64,000 bases of DNA from Candidatus Danuiimicrobium aquiferis (GTDB taxonomy: Bacteria; Omnitrophota; Omnitrophia; Omnitrophales; Danuiimicrobiaceae): positions 103,230-167,229 of the forward strand of contig MHFR01000068.1 of the NCBI GenBank assembly GCA_001804285.1, read 5' to 3'. Shown piece by piece: positions 20,418-30,723 of the stretch (position 1 is its first letter; every line of letters starts with the position of its first letter). The notes under the pieces were generated by a model, which made no database searches, had not been told where the DNA came from, and saw nothing but the letters and a program-made list of their open reading frames with translations. A program made the translations under genes and the position numbers.

Positions 20418-22639
20418 TGAATAAACAACCGAAAATAAAGCGAAAAGAAATTGCACTGGTTGGTAATCCCAATTCGGGAAAAACAACGATTTTCAATGCG
20501 TTGACCGGATTGCGGCATAAAACTGCTAATTATCCCGGCGTGACAGTGGAGAAAAAAGAAGGGATTCTGGCTTTGCCATTAAGTCGCGAACAGGTGACCG
20601 TGATTGACTTGCCGGGGGCTTACAGCCTTACTCCTACTTCGACTGATGAAGAAATCGTTCACGAGGTATTGCTTGGAAGAGTAGTCGGGACCCCTCCGCC
20701 GGATCTTGTTGTGATTATCGTTGACGCAAGCAATTTGGAGCGGAATTTATTTTTTGCAGGGCAAGTTATCGAGACGAGCACGCGTGCGATTATGGTTCTC
20801 AATATGTGGGATTTGGCTTTGAAAAATGGGTTAGATATTGATCTTCAGCAATTATCACGGCGTTATGGAATTCCGGTCGTTCCGGCGATTGGCGGTCAAA
20901 AAGGAGGAATGGAGCGCTTGAAAGTTGCGATTGAAAAGCAACTTTCGCTTGAGCCCGCAAAGGCCAAAGTGAGCCCTGAAAATTGTCATCTACCGCTGCC
21001 GCTTGAAGTCAAAGATATGAGAGGAAGAATCGAACGGTTTATTAAATTTATGTTTAAGCATAATCCGCATGCTGCGCAAGGTGAGGCGTTAAGGTTAATC
21101 GGAGATAGTTATTTCCGGAGCCCTTTATTTCGGGAGATGGGTGAACAATTGAAACAGGTGGTGATAGCCGTACGCAAACGTCTTGAACATGTGCGCATAG
21201 ACTGGTCGTCAGTTGAAGCGGAAAACCGCTACGAATTTATCAAAGCGATTTATGACCAGGCGGTGCCGACGTCCGAAGTCAAGAGAGTCAAAACGTCTGA
21301 CCGGATTGATCGGATACTAACGCATCCTTTTTGGGGATTGATTTTTTTTGGTTTGATGATGGCCGCTATTTTTCAGGCCATTTTCTCGTGGGCGAATTAT
21401 CCCATGGAGATGATTTCCACTTGTATCACGAAGATGAGTGAATGGTTTGGGCAAATTCTTCCGGACGGACAGTTAAAAAGCCTTGCGATTGACGGAATTA
21501 TGGCGGGAGTCGGAGGGATTGTTATCTTTTTGCCGCAGATTCTTTTTTTATTTTTTTTTATTGCGTTATTTGAAGATTCCGGATACATGGCGCGCGCGGC
21601 GTTTCTGCTTGACCGGATTATGAGAAGTGTCGGGTTGAGCGGGAAATCATTTATTCCGCTTTTAAGTTCTTTCGCCTGTGCTGTTCCCGGAATTATGGCA
21701 ACACGAACGGTTGAAGATAAAAATGACCGGCTCGCGACCATTCTGGTTGTGCCGCTCATGAGCTGCAGTGCGAGGCTTCCCGTTTATACATTGATGATTG
21801 CTGCCTTTATTCCGCCGGCGAAAATATTAGGTATTTTTGATTTAAAAGGAGTGACGTTGTTTTCCTTGTATGTTTTAAGTGTTGTTGCGGGTTTAATAGC
21901 AGCTTGGATTTTTAGAAAAACAATTCTCAGGAAAAGTTTGACGCCATTTATTTTAGAATTGCCTCCGTATCGCATTCCGCAATGGAGAACCGTCCTGCAT
22001 CTGATGTGGGACCGGGCGAAAGTTTTTTTGAGCCGTGCCGGTACGATTATCTTTGCTTTTTCGATCATTTTATGGTTTTTGATCAGCTATCCGCGGAATC
22101 CGGCGGTGGAGCAACGTTTCGACTCTGCAAGAGTTGCTGCGAGCCAGACTCTTCAGGGTGATGAATTAGCACATCGGTTGTCTTATATTGATGCCGAACA
22201 AAAAGGCGAGGAAATTCGGATCAGTTTTGCGGGTTGGATCGGCCGCTCCATTGAGCCTGTTATCAAACCTCTTGGTTTCACTTGGGAAATAGGGATTGGG
22301 TTGGTCGCTTCTTTCGTCGCCCGAGAATTAATGGTGAGTACGCTTGCAATTTTAAATCATGTTGAAGATAAAAGTGGTGGTGAGTCGAGAGAGCTTGTTC
22401 AGGCGTTGCAAGAACAAGTGTCGATATCGAGCGGGAAACGGGTTTATACACCGCTTGTAGCGGTATCGCTGATGGTGTTTTTTCTTTTTGCATGCCAATG
22501 TATTTCAACGCTTGCGATTGTCAAACGTGAAACAAACGGTTGGCGTTGGCCCCTTTTTATGGTGGCTTATATGACGACGCTTGCGTGGGTGGCTTCTTTT
22601 CTTGTTTATCAAGGCGGTAAAATATTGGGGTTTGAATGA
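20414..22639 (+). CDS. feoB: Ferrous iron transporter B.
   Basis: An N-terminal G-domain (VGNPNSGKTTIFNALTG) is followed by a polytopic membrane domain. The length is 741 aa. Confidence 0.93.
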   Translation: MMNKQPKIKRKEIALVGNPNSGKTTIFNALTGLRHKTANYPGVTVEKKEGILALPLSREQVTVIDLPGAYSLTPTSTDEEIVHEVLLGRVVGTPPPDLVVIIVDASNLERNLFFAGQVIETSTRAIMVLNMWDLALKNGLDIDLQQLSRRYGIPVVPAIGGQKGGMERLKVAIEKQLSLEPAKAKVSPENCHLPLPLEVKDMRGRIERFIKFMFKHNPHAAQGEALRLIGDSYFRSPLFREMGEQLKQVVIAVRKRLEHVRIDWSSVEAENRYEFIKAIYDQAVPTSEVKRVKTSDRIDRILTHPFWGLIFFGLMMAAIFQAIFSWANYPMEMISTCITKMSEWFGQILPDGQLKSLAIDGIMAGVGGIVIFLPQILFLFFFIALFEDSGYMARAAFLLDRIMRSVGLSGKSFIPLLSSFACAVPGIMATRTVEDKNDRLATILVVPLMSCSARLPVYTLMIAAFIPPAKILGIFDLKGVTLFSLYVLSVVAGLIAAWIFRKTILRKSLTPFILELPPYRIPQWRTVLHLMWDRAKVFLSRAGTIIFAFSIILWFLISYPRNPAVEQRFDSARVAASQTLQGDELAHRLSYIDAEQKGEEIRISFAGWIGRSIEPVIKPLGFTWEIGIGLVASFVARELMVSTLAILNHVEDKSGGESRELVQALQEQVSISSGKRVYTPLVAVSLMVFFLFACQCISTLAIVKRETNGWRWPLFMVAYMTTLAWVASFLVYQGGKILGFE

Positions 22640-22818
22640 TGAAAACGGATTTATCAGAAATCATTGCACTGATGATTGTTGGCATTGCCGTTTATTTTGT
22701 GATTCGCAGGTTTGTATCAAAAAGAAAAAAAGGAAGCTGTTGTGACGAGGGTTGTCATCCGGCAAAGCAAAAAAATCCTGATGGCAAGTTATATCAAATA
22801 ATGGATAACGAATCATGA
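22636..22818 (+). CDS. FeoB-associated Cys-rich small membrane protein.
   Basis: The 60 aa ORF has one TM helix followed by CCDEGCH. Both its ends overlap the neighbouring genes in an ATGA. Confidence 0.65.
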   Translation: MMKTDLSEIIALMIVGIAVYFVIRRFVSKRKKGSCCDEGCHPAKQKNPDGKLYQIMDNES

Positions 22819-24266
22819 AACGGATTGTCATTGTCGGCGGTGGAATTTCCGGCCTCACGGTTGCTTACCGTTTGCACGAGCTCAGTTGCGAGAAAGAGAT
22901 CCCGATCGATATGACGCTTCTTGAGGGCAGAAGTCGATTGGGCGGGGTGATCGAAACGCAATCGAAGGATGGGTTTTTACTGGAATATGGTCCTGATGCT
23001 TTGATGACCGATAGACCTTGGAGTATCAATTTGTGTAAGCGGCTTGGAATAGAGTCCGAATTAATCGGAATGCAAAAAGAAGCCGATCATAGTTACATTG
23101 TTTGCAAAGGAAAGATGTGCAGGATTCCCACCGGCTTTTATCTGCTTGCACCTTCCAATATCAAAGCCTTGGTGCAAAGTCATTTCCTTAGCTCGGCGGG
23201 AAAATTGAGGCTTGCCGCAGAACTCTTTATCCCAAAAAGAAAAAGCAAAGATGACGAAAGTGTCGGATCTTTTATCAGAAGGCGTTTTGGACGTGAAGTC
23301 CTTGAGCGGTTAGGCGAACCGCTGCTCGCAGGAATTTATACGGCCCATCCGGACCAACTCAGTATGCAGGCAGTCCTTCCTCATTTTCGGGAAATGGAAT
23401 CCAAATATGGAAGTGTGACCCGCGGTTTGTGGGCGCTCAGGGAAAAGCATGGCATGAAGGATTGCACTGAAGAAAATTCGCGAAAAATGTTTGTAACTTT
23501 TAAAGATGGCATGAGACGACTCATTCATGCATTGATTGAAAATATGCCCGACGTTTCTTTCGCGACTTCTACACCCGTTGAAAAAATCGCTTTCGATCAT
23601 ATGCGTATATTAGAAGTGACAATTCAAGGCGGAGCTGTTATTGAAGCCGACGCGGTTTGCTTGGCCCTTCCGGCAATGCGTTCATCTGAAATTGTAAATT
23701 CATTTTCGCCCCGGCTTGCGGAAAAACTTGCCGATATAAAATATGAGTCCGTTGTGACGGTGAATGTTGCGTATGACGAGTTGGCATTCCCGAAACGGCT
23801 TGATGGGGCGGGTTTTGTCATTCCGTCTGTTGAAAACCGCCGCCTCGTTGGTTCTATTTTTTCGAGCATAAAATTTGACGGCCGTGCTCCGAAGGGAGCG
23901 GTTTTGATTCGCACTTTTCTTGGAAACGCGATTCAGCGAAATAATGTCGATTTGGATGATCAAGAAATGAGACAGCTTGTGACGGAAGAACTGAGGGACA
24001 TTCTTGGCGTAACTCGCGAGCCTCTTTTTATTGATATTCAGCGATATGAAATGTCGATACCGCAGTACGGGCTCAATTATCAGAAGCTTTTAAAAGCGAT
24101 AGAATCTGAACGGGCGGAATGTCCCGGCCTTTTTCTGACCGGGAATGCTTTTGCGGGCGTCGGATTAACATCTTGTATTCACCAGGCAGAGTTGATAGCC
24201 GAAAAAATGTTTTTACAATTCTGCGAAACAACCGAAAATCATGTGCAAACTGTCGGACAGGTCTAA
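22815..24266 (+). CDS. hemY: Protoporphyrinogen/coproporphyrinogen oxidase (HemY-type FAD amine-oxidase fold).
   Basis: An N-terminal FAD Rossmann motif (IVIVGGGISGLTVAYRL) is present and the length is 483 aa. Confidence 0.75.
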   Translation: MKRIVIVGGGISGLTVAYRLHELSCEKEIPIDMTLLEGRSRLGGVIETQSKDGFLLEYGPDALMTDRPWSINLCKRLGIESELIGMQKEADHSYIVCKGKMCRIPTGFYLLAPSNIKALVQSHFLSSAGKLRLAAELFIPKRKSKDDESVGSFIRRRFGREVLERLGEPLLAGIYTAHPDQLSMQAVLPHFREMESKYGSVTRGLWALREKHGMKDCTEENSRKMFVTFKDGMRRLIHALIENMPDVSFATSTPVEKIAFDHMRILEVTIQGGAVIEADAVCLALPAMRSSEIVNSFSPRLAEKLADIKYESVVTVNVAYDELAFPKRLDGAGFVIPSVENRRLVGSIFSSIKFDGRAPKGAVLIRTFLGNAIQRNNVDLDDQEMRQLVTEELRDILGVTREPLFIDIQRYEMSIPQYGLNYQKLLKAIESERAECPGLFLTGNAFAGVGLTSCIHQAELIAEKMFLQFCETTENHVQTVGQV

Positions 24267-24269
24267 GGG

Positions 24270-25223
24270 ATGTTAAAAAGAAGAATCCTTATCATTTTTC
24301 TGGTTCTATGTATTGCAGTGTTTTTTTTCTATATCTTATGGTCCTATGGTTTAATTTTAAAACCGAAAAGCGTGCCGAAAAATGGGGCTTCGCTAATGGC
24401 TACCGGACAGTTGAGCCGGATTGATTTTAACCAACCGGACGAATTGAAAAACTGGAAAGAATACAAGTCGAGCGGAAGTACGACCTATGAGATAAAACCG
24501 AATCCAGAAGGAGAAATGGTACTTTACGCCGAAAGTCACGGGAAATCATCGGCGCTTTGTAAAGAGATGCGTGTTTCGGTTCAGAGCAATCCGCAACTGA
24601 TTTGGGAGTGGCGGGCGCTGAAATTTCCGACGAATAAGGAAAATAAAACATTTGGCGCATCGAAAGATAGTGATTATGCGGGACGTGTGTATGTGATGTT
24701 TGATGGCTTGAATCCTTTATTTTCTGAGATCATTCAGTACATCTGGGATGACCATTTTCCCGAAGGAACGCAGACTTCAAGTCCTTATACAAAGAGGGTC
24801 AAGCTGCTTGTTGTGCGAAGTGGGCCGTCCAGTGAATGGAAGACAGAAAAGCGGGATATCGTCAGCGACTATAAAATGCTTTACGGGAAAACACCAAAAT
24901 CGAATATCCGGGGAATTGCGGTGATGACCGATTCGGATGATACGGGAACCGATTCCGCTCTTGAAGTGCGATATATCGGGATTGAGAAAAGCATGGAATA
25001 TTTAACGAAAGAAGCCGAAACCGAAGAGAAAAGAAAACATAAATTTGATTTTTTAATGAAAATCGTAGATACGGTAAAGGATATAAAACTGCCGAAAATA
25101 GAGATTCCCGCAGCATCGAAAATTTCTTTACCTGCAAATCCGTTTAAGGGGCTTTTTCGATCAAAACATACGACTCAAACTGAACTTTCCAGTCCAAGAT
25201 TACCCGAACCGTCAGAATCGTAG
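24270..25223 (+). CDS. Hypothetical membrane-anchored or secreted protein.
   Basis: An N-terminal TM or signal anchor is present. I recognise no catalytic motif. Confidence 0.55.
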   Translation: MLKRRILIIFLVLCIAVFFFYILWSYGLILKPKSVPKNGASLMATGQLSRIDFNQPDELKNWKEYKSSGSTTYEIKPNPEGEMVLYAESHGKSSALCKEMRVSVQSNPQLIWEWRALKFPTNKENKTFGASKDSDYAGRVYVMFDGLNPLFSEIIQYIWDDHFPEGTQTSSPYTKRVKLLVVRSGPSSEWKTEKRDIVSDYKMLYGKTPKSNIRGIAVMTDSDDTGTDSALEVRYIGIEKSMEYLTKEAETEEKRKHKFDFLMKIVDTVKDIKLPKIEIPAASKISLPANPFKGLFRSKHTTQTELSSPRLPEPSES

Positions 25224-25533
25224 GCTCTTCAACGGCAAATTGTGTGGGAAATAGATGTTTGTGCCAGCGAAATAAGACGTTGTTAGTCACGGGCTCAATA
25301 TCCATGGGAGGGCTTTTATAGGATTTTCCGTTTGCTGTGGTGTATTCAATCACTTCTTTATGAAAACGTTTGTCCTTCCGCCAACAGGTGATGACGTATA
25401 GTTGGTTGAAATAATGAGGGAATTGCGTAATATAAAGATTGCTTAAGACTCCCTCAACCGTGTATTGGTCTTGGTCTTTCTGCTGGAAATCTTTACAGAT
25501 GATAAATTGAAGAAGCTGGATTTCATTGTTCAT
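25144..25533 (-). CDS. Hypothetical small protein. It is convergent with, and overlaps by 80 nt, the 3' end of the upstream gene.
   Basis: The 129 aa ORF has non-repetitive composition and fills an otherwise ~450 bp gap. An AT-rich region lies upstream of its start. Confidence 0.4.
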   Translation of the reverse strand: MNNEIQLLQFIICKDFQQKDQDQYTVEGVLSNLYITQFPHYFNQLYVITCWRKDKRFHKEVIEYTTANGKSYKSPPMDIEPVTNNVLFRWHKHLFPTQFAVEEPTILTVRVILDWKVQFESYVLIEKAP

Positions 25534-25675
25534 AAGTTTATTATACTCAAAATTACGTTGGCTTCAACAGAGCTATTTTGATTGAATTTAGTTTTGAATG
25601 CATTACGAAAATAAGCATAATCAAGAGTCCATTATGCTATGATTAATAACGTGAATTTATTTAAGGAGTGTTATT

Positions 25676-27439
25676 TTGAAAAAGGTCATTGTTGTTTCAG
25701 GGATCATTTTTTTCCTCTTGATTGCGGCCATTGCAGCGTTTGTTTTAACTTTTAATGTTGATCGGTATCGTCCTTTGCTTTGCACAAAACTGGAATCCGT
25801 TTTAGGAAATCCTGTTCAGCTTGATTCTGTCAAATTGGGATTCAGGGGAGGGATCGCGCTTGAGCTGAAGGGGTTGAGGCTCTATCCCGGTTCTACGCAG
25901 AAGAGTCGTCCTTATTTTCAATTAAAAGCTTTAAGCGCCCGACTCAAGTTAGAACCCCTTTTGCGAAGAGAAATAAAGGTAGGTTCCGTTCTGCTGGATG
26001 AGCCGGTTTTTTCATTAGTCCGTCAAGGGGATGGAGGCGTAGAACCCTTGGACGGATATAAAGGTTATTCTGGTAATATAAGCAATACAAGTCATCCAAA
26101 AAACAATTCCAACAAGCCATTGGCGGTTTCACAGGCAGCTTCGCTATCGTTGTTTGTTGATGAAATTAAAATCAGAAATGGCATCGTTAGTTTTATTGAT
26201 TATTCTTCAAAGACTCCCGCCCCAATTACGATGGATCGTATCGACATTGACTTGGCAGACGTTTCCCTCATGCAACCGATACAGGCGAAAGGCAAAGCGG
26301 CATTTTACAGCACTGAACAAAATGTAAATGCTGAAGTTGAGATAGTGCTTAAGCTGGCTGAAAAAATGGTTGTGTTGCGTAATCTGAATGTCAAAAGCGA
26401 TTTGAAGAGTTTGAGCCTGGAAACATTAGCGGAACGGTTTCTGCCGGTTGAGAAGATGAGTTTGCGCGATCCCGTTGAAGGGGTGCTGACGATTGCTGCG
26501 AAAGAGATTCAAATTCCTTTTTCGGAAAAAGCAGATTTTAATTTGTTAGGACACCTTGCGGACGGAAAAATTGTTTCTAACTTGATTCAGTCACCGTTTA
26601 AACACGTGACGGCGGATTTCACCATTGATCCGCAACAAATTCATCTATCGCGCTTTTCCGGGGATTTTTCGCGGGGCTTGGTTCATGGAGAAGGAAGATT
26701 TTTCTATTCGGCGAAAGAACCAAGCGTCGCGATCGATTTAGCTGCTGAAAATATTGATATGAGCACATTGCTGCCGCCGTTTCCGGAAAATGCACCTCAA
26801 CTAAAAGGCGGTTTGTCGGTTTCGGTTCGAGGGATTGCCTCCTTGGCGGAAAATGCTACGATGGGCCAAGCTTTCGATGGGCAAGGGGTGATTTCTCTTC
26901 GAGATGGTGTTTTGACGAATTTCAACTTACTAAAAGAAGTATTCAGTAAGCTTTCGATTATTCCGGGAGTCGTGGACACTTTGAAATCCCGGTTAACGCC
27001 CGAATATGAACAAAAATTATCGGCGCGGGACACGGTTTTTTTACCGGTCGAATGGCCGTTCACATTGAATCAAGGCACATTTTCCTTTAAAGATGTCCGT
27101 CTGGAAACAGATTCCCTTGAATTGATCGGTTCCGGATTCTTTTCAACGAATTTATACCTCCAATTAACGAGCATTTTATTTATCGATCCGGAGCTTTCGC
27201 TTGCGATGATTAAGAGTGTTAATGAATTACAGACTCTTACGGATACGACCGGGCGGCTTAAAATTCCGGTTAAAATACAAGGCCAGGTTCCCCGTGTGAA
27301 GGTCGTTCCGGATGTCTCGTCGGTTGCGACCGCGCTTGTGGTGACAAAAGCACAGGATTTAATTGGGAATTTCCTGAAAAAAACCTTGGAAAAAGAAGGA
27401 ATAATTCAGAAGCAGGCTCAGGGAACTGCGCAAAGCTGA
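25676..27439 (+). CDS. AsmA-family protein (outer-membrane assembly / lipid transport).
   Basis: An N-terminal signal anchor is followed by the AsmA-like N-terminal region (LTFNVDRYRPLLCTKLESVLGNPVQLDSVKLGFRGGIALELKGLRLY). Confidence 0.7.
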   Translation: MKKVIVVSGIIFFLLIAAIAAFVLTFNVDRYRPLLCTKLESVLGNPVQLDSVKLGFRGGIALELKGLRLYPGSTQKSRPYFQLKALSARLKLEPLLRREIKVGSVLLDEPVFSLVRQGDGGVEPLDGYKGYSGNISNTSHPKNNSNKPLAVSQAASLSLFVDEIKIRNGIVSFIDYSSKTPAPITMDRIDIDLADVSLMQPIQAKGKAAFYSTEQNVNAEVEIVLKLAEKMVVLRNLNVKSDLKSLSLETLAERFLPVEKMSLRDPVEGVLTIAAKEIQIPFSEKADFNLLGHLADGKIVSNLIQSPFKHVTADFTIDPQQIHLSRFSGDFSRGLVHGEGRFFYSAKEPSVAIDLAAENIDMSTLLPPFPENAPQLKGGLSVSVRGIASLAENATMGQAFDGQGVISLRDGVLTNFNLLKEVFSKLSIIPGVVDTLKSRLTPEYEQKLSARDTVFLPVEWPFTLNQGTFSFKDVRLETDSLELIGSGFFSTNLYLQLTSILFIDPELSLAMIKSVNELQTLTDTTGRLKIPVKIQGQVPRVKVVPDVSSVATALVVTKAQDLIGNFLKKTLEKEGIIQKQAQGTAQS

Positions 27440-27510
27440 AGTCTATCTTCAACGCAGTCAGCAGAATCGGTTCCGGTTCGCACAACGGGCGAATAGGTTT
27501 GTTAATAAAT

Positions 27511-27555
27511 CCCCTCACCCCGCCCTCTCCCTGAGGGAGAGGGCGGGGTGAGGGG
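27511..27555. terminator. Perfect 21-bp-stem, GC-rich palindrome after the asmA-like gene. No U-tract follows, so it may be a REP-like or factor-dependent terminator.
   Basis: The sequence reads cccctcaccccgccctctccc-tga-gggagagggcggggtgagggg. Confidence 0.55.
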
Positions 27556-27611
27556 TGATAGGCAACTTCAGGACGCTAAATAGATGCGATTGATATTAAA
27601 ATAGAAATTTT

Positions 27612-28502
27612 ATGAAAAAAGAAAAATCCGGAAAAGTAAAACATAATATTGTAGCGCTGGTTTACGATTTCGACGGCACGCTTTCCCCGAACAATATGCA
27701 GGAAGACACGATTTTCAAAGCCTATAAAATCGATAAAAAGAAATTTTGGGAAAAAGCGCACAAATTAGTCGTCGAAAAAGGTTATGAACGAACGCTTGCT
27801 TATTTGAAACTGCTTATCTGGGATCCGGCTTTTCGGAAGAAGCCGATTCGGCAGGATGATTTGAGGAAACTTGCTTCGCAAATTGAATATTATCCGGGTG
27901 TTCAAGATTATTTCGACCGGATCGGAAATTTTGTCAAAAAGATTCCGGAAGTGCGCGAGTGGGATATTCAATTGGAACACTATATCGTATCCGGAGGAAT
28001 CAAAGACATATTGGATGGATGCGATATTATCAAACATTTCAAAAAAGTCTATGCCTGTGAGTATGAATATCAAAATGGAATCCCGGTTTTCCCTAAGCTC
28101 GTGATCAACGATACCAATAAAACGCAGTTTTTATTCCGGATCAATAAGGGGAAACTGAGTTTAAGTCAGAGTATCAATACCCATATGCCGGCGACGCAGC
28201 GGCGTATTCCATTCCGGAATATGATCTATATCGGAGATGGAATTACGGACGTTCCCTCGATGACGGTGACTCAAAAAAACGGCGGATCTGCTATTGCGGT
28301 GTTTGATCCGCGGAAGAAAGTTCCTTCAACGGTTCGGGATATGGTTCGGGAAAAACGTGCCGATCATTTCGCACCGGCCGATTTCCGCGAAGGAAGCCTT
28401 TTGATTAAAATTTTAAAACGGGCCATTCAGAAAGTCGTTCAACATATTTCTTATCAATCATCTGCGAATTTGTCCTACGACTGGGTGAGCCGGCACGGTT
28501 AG
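27612..28502 (+). CDS. HAD-superfamily hydrolase.
   Basis: Motif I (VYDFDGTL) and motif IV (IGDGITD) are present. Confidence 0.75.
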   Translation: MKKEKSGKVKHNIVALVYDFDGTLSPNNMQEDTIFKAYKIDKKKFWEKAHKLVVEKGYERTLAYLKLLIWDPAFRKKPIRQDDLRKLASQIEYYPGVQDYFDRIGNFVKKIPEVREWDIQLEHYIVSGGIKDILDGCDIIKHFKKVYACEYEYQNGIPVFPKLVINDTNKTQFLFRINKGKLSLSQSINTHMPATQRRIPFRNMIYIGDGITDVPSMTVTQKNGGSAIAVFDPRKKVPSTVRDMVREKRADHFAPADFREGSLLIKILKRAIQKVVQHISYQSSANLSYDWVSRHG

Positions 28503-28707
28503 CCCGGATTTCCCGTCGATTCACAAAATCGTTGAGAAAGTCGGGTTAAATGAAATCGTTGTGTTAATATAAAATATTTCTTTCGGTATAATGATATTTC
28601 CATTTTCTTATCGTTTACTGTAAGATAAAGCATAGAATTGATCAAACTTAAATCAAGGGGACGATTGATCAAAAATCATCTCCATTTATAATGACAGGGA
28701 AATAAAC

Positions 28708-30120
28708 ATGGAAGCAATACAAACTGAAATTGTCGTTATCGGTGCGGGGCCCGGCGGTTATTCGGCGGCGTTTTATGCCGCAGATCGGGGGAAAAAAGTT
28801 ATCCTCGTTGAACAAAATCAAAACTTGGGCGGTGTTTGTCTGAATTATGGTTGTATTCCGTCAAAAGCGTTTCTCTATGCCACGCAACTGATCCGTGACG
28901 CCAAAGAATCCAAGAACCGCGGGATTAGTTTTCAAGAACCAAGGATTGATCTAAGTCAACTGAATGCCTGGAAAGGTTCGGTTGTTTCAAAACTTTCTCA
29001 AGGGGTCACAAGCTTGGCTCAGAGAAGAAATATTCAGATGATTCACGGGACTGCCCGTTTCGAGCCGGACAATTTATTAAAAGTGGAAACGAGGGAAGGC
29101 GACAGGATGATTCAATTTCATAAAGCGATTATTGCCGTTGGATCCCGGCCGTCGCTTCCGAAGGCTTTTGATATCGGAAGCAAACGGGTGATGACGTCAA
29201 CGGAAGCTCTTGAAATGGCGGATATTCCCGCAGAACTTCTCATCGTCGGCGGCGGTTATATTGGAATGGAACTCGGGACGGTGTATGCGACGCTCGGAAG
29301 CCGGGTGGTAGTGGCGGAAGCGTTAAGTGACATTTTAGCCGGCGCGGATTCGGATATGGTGCGTTATGTTAAAAACAATGCGGAAAAAATATTTAAAGAA
29401 ATTCGGGTTAAAACAAAAGTGCTCGAGATGAGCCTTGCCGGAGAAAAGATTAAAGTGCTGATGGAAAAGGACGGTCAGAAGATTGACGAATTATATGACA
29501 AGGTTTTAGTTTCCGTAGGCAGGATGCCAAACGGGGACGAATTAGGTTTGGAGAATACAAAAGTGGTCCGTGATGAGAGAGGTTTCATTGAAGTGAATGA
29601 TCAACAGCGGACGGCGGAACCGTCCATTTATGCCATCGGGGATGTTGTGGGCGGAGTGCTTCTCGCGCATAAAGCTTCGAAAGAGGCAAGAATTGCGGTG
29701 GATGATATGTTGGGTGAGAATCATAGCCTGGAGGATTATGTAATTCCATCAGTTGTTTATACGGATCCCGAAATTGCGTGGTGCGGAATGACCGAAAATG
29801 AAGCGAAACAAAAAGGAATGAGAGTCGAAGTGGTCAAGTTCCCGTGGGCTGCATCAGGCCGGGCCATGACGCATGACCGGACGGACGGCGCGACGAAATT
29901 AATTGTGGAGCCGGGCACGGAACATATTTTGGGAATCGGAATTTGCGGACATGGCGCAGGGGAGTTGATTGGAGAAGCGGTGCTCGCGATGGAAATGGGT
30001 GCGTCTGCCAGAGACCTTGCGCAGACGATTCATGCGCATCCGACACTGTCAGAGACGTTAATGGAATGCGCAGAGTTGTATTATGGACATGCGACGCATG
30101 CGTTTGTAAGGAAAAGATAA
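28708..30120 (+). CDS. lpd: Dihydrolipoyl dehydrogenase.
   Basis: FAD binding (IGAGPGGY) and the redox-active disulfide motif (GGVCLNYGCIPSK) are present. The length is 470 aa. Confidence 0.93.
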   Translation: MEAIQTEIVVIGAGPGGYSAAFYAADRGKKVILVEQNQNLGGVCLNYGCIPSKAFLYATQLIRDAKESKNRGISFQEPRIDLSQLNAWKGSVVSKLSQGVTSLAQRRNIQMIHGTARFEPDNLLKVETREGDRMIQFHKAIIAVGSRPSLPKAFDIGSKRVMTSTEALEMADIPAELLIVGGGYIGMELGTVYATLGSRVVVAEALSDILAGADSDMVRYVKNNAEKIFKEIRVKTKVLEMSLAGEKIKVLMEKDGQKIDELYDKVLVSVGRMPNGDELGLENTKVVRDERGFIEVNDQQRTAEPSIYAIGDVVGGVLLAHKASKEARIAVDDMLGENHSLEDYVIPSVVYTDPEIAWCGMTENEAKQKGMRVEVVKFPWAASGRAMTHDRTDGATKLIVEPGTEHILGIGICGHGAGELIGEAVLAMEMGASARDLAQTIHAHPTLSETLMECAELYYGHATHAFVRKR

Positions 30121-30123
30121 TGA

Positions 30124-30684
30124 TTGGGGGGAACCATGGTTTCAAAGCGGCGTAAAGATAATATGATTTGGATTGATATGGAAATGACGGGACTTTTTCC
30201 CGAGAAACATCATATTATCGAAATGGCGACGATTGTGACGGATAAGGATTTGAGCATTCTTGCGGAAGGGCCTCATATTGCGATTTATCAGCCGCCTAAA
30301 ATTCTTGCGGACATGGATAGCTGGAACCGAAAACAGCACGGGAAATCGGGGTTGATTGATTTAATTCAAGAGTCGAAGATCGGTCTCGCAAAAGCGGAAG
30401 ATTTGACGCTTCAATTTTTGAAAAAGTATTGTTATTTCCACGAGTCCCCGCTCTGTGGTAATGCGGTTCACCACGACCGGCGGTTTATCAAAAAATACAT
30501 GCACCGCCTTGACCGGTTTCTTCATTACCGGCACGTTGATGTCAGTACCGTTAAGATATTGGTAAAAAACTGGTATCCGAAAATCAAAAAACGTCATTCG
30601 AAAAAAGATGCCCATCGCGCGCTCGATGATATTCGTGAATCCATTGAAGAATTGAAGTTCTACCGGAAACACTATTTTGTGTGA
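30124..30684 (+). CDS. orn: Oligoribonuclease.
   Basis: DEDDh exonuclease motifs are present (IWIDMEMTGL, the H of HRALDDI). The length is 186 aa. Confidence 0.9.
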   Translation: MGGTMVSKRRKDNMIWIDMEMTGLFPEKHHIIEMATIVTDKDLSILAEGPHIAIYQPPKILADMDSWNRKQHGKSGLIDLIQESKIGLAKAEDLTLQFLKKYCYFHESPLCGNAVHHDRRFIKKYMHRLDRFLHYRHVDVSTVKILVKNWYPKIKKRHSKKDAHRALDDIRESIEELKFYRKHYFV

Positions 30685-30723
30685 AATGACAAATATCAAA
30701 ATTGTTCAAGTTGAGCGCTTTGG

